Assembly (NCBI RefSeq): GCF_006345805.1
Contig: NC_042997.1
Coordinates: 24,242,001 to 24,306,000, forward strand
Source of the DNA: Octopus sinensis
Taxonomy: Eukaryota
Length of the DNA stretch: 64,000 nucleotides
Direction of reading: 5' to 3'
Below, piece after piece: positions 63,941 through 64,000 of the stretch. The translations under genes and the position numbers were made by a program. The notes below the pieces were generated by a model that saw only the letters and a program-made list of their open reading frames with translations, was not told where the DNA came from and made no database searches. Within the stretch, counting starts at the first letter, position 1; every line of letters starts with the position of its first letter.

Positions 63941-64000
63941 AGCGATCCCATGCCTTCTGTAGAGCCAGCTGCCCAACCGACGCTTACTCAACCAACTTCT
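63941..64000 (+). CDS. Possible start of a host-gene exon, truncated by the window end
   Basis: TTTGATATTCAG| acceptor-like site, a rise in GC, and two open frames (SDPMPSVEPAAQPTLTQPTS or RSHAFCRASCPTDAYSTNF). Too short to confirm. Confidence 0.25.

Overview
This is AT-rich, microsatellite-dense eukaryotic non-coding DNA, most likely intronic or intergenic. The repeat families look like those of Octopus (inferred from recognition, not from a database search). I found no intact protein-coding gene, rRNA, genuine tRNA or CRISPR array. Nearly all ORF-track entries are microsatellite or SINE read-throughs. The window contains: (i) four tRNA-headed SINE groups, labelled here A to D, in about 35 copies; (ii) two young non-autonomous Helitrons and one Helitron 3' end; (iii) a decayed DDD-type Tc1/mariner element and a deleted mariner; (iv) decayed Penelope-like (PLE) RT/GIY-YIG remnants; (v) R4/Dong-type LINE pieces in (TAA)n and a LINE-like 3' end in (TATC)n; (vi) several fold-back elements next to (TA)n; (vii) a 100-N gap. 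The best leads are three minimal type-I hammerhead-ribozyme-like motifs, two of them sharing a non-canonical CCGAAGA core; modular head/tail swapping among SINEs with intact TSDs; a SINE/LINE shared 3' tail; apparent partitioning of microsatellite targets among retroelement families; a propagating SINE dimer; and a microhomology-bounded local templated insertion. Boundaries were read by eye and are approximate unless TSDs or TIRs are quoted.
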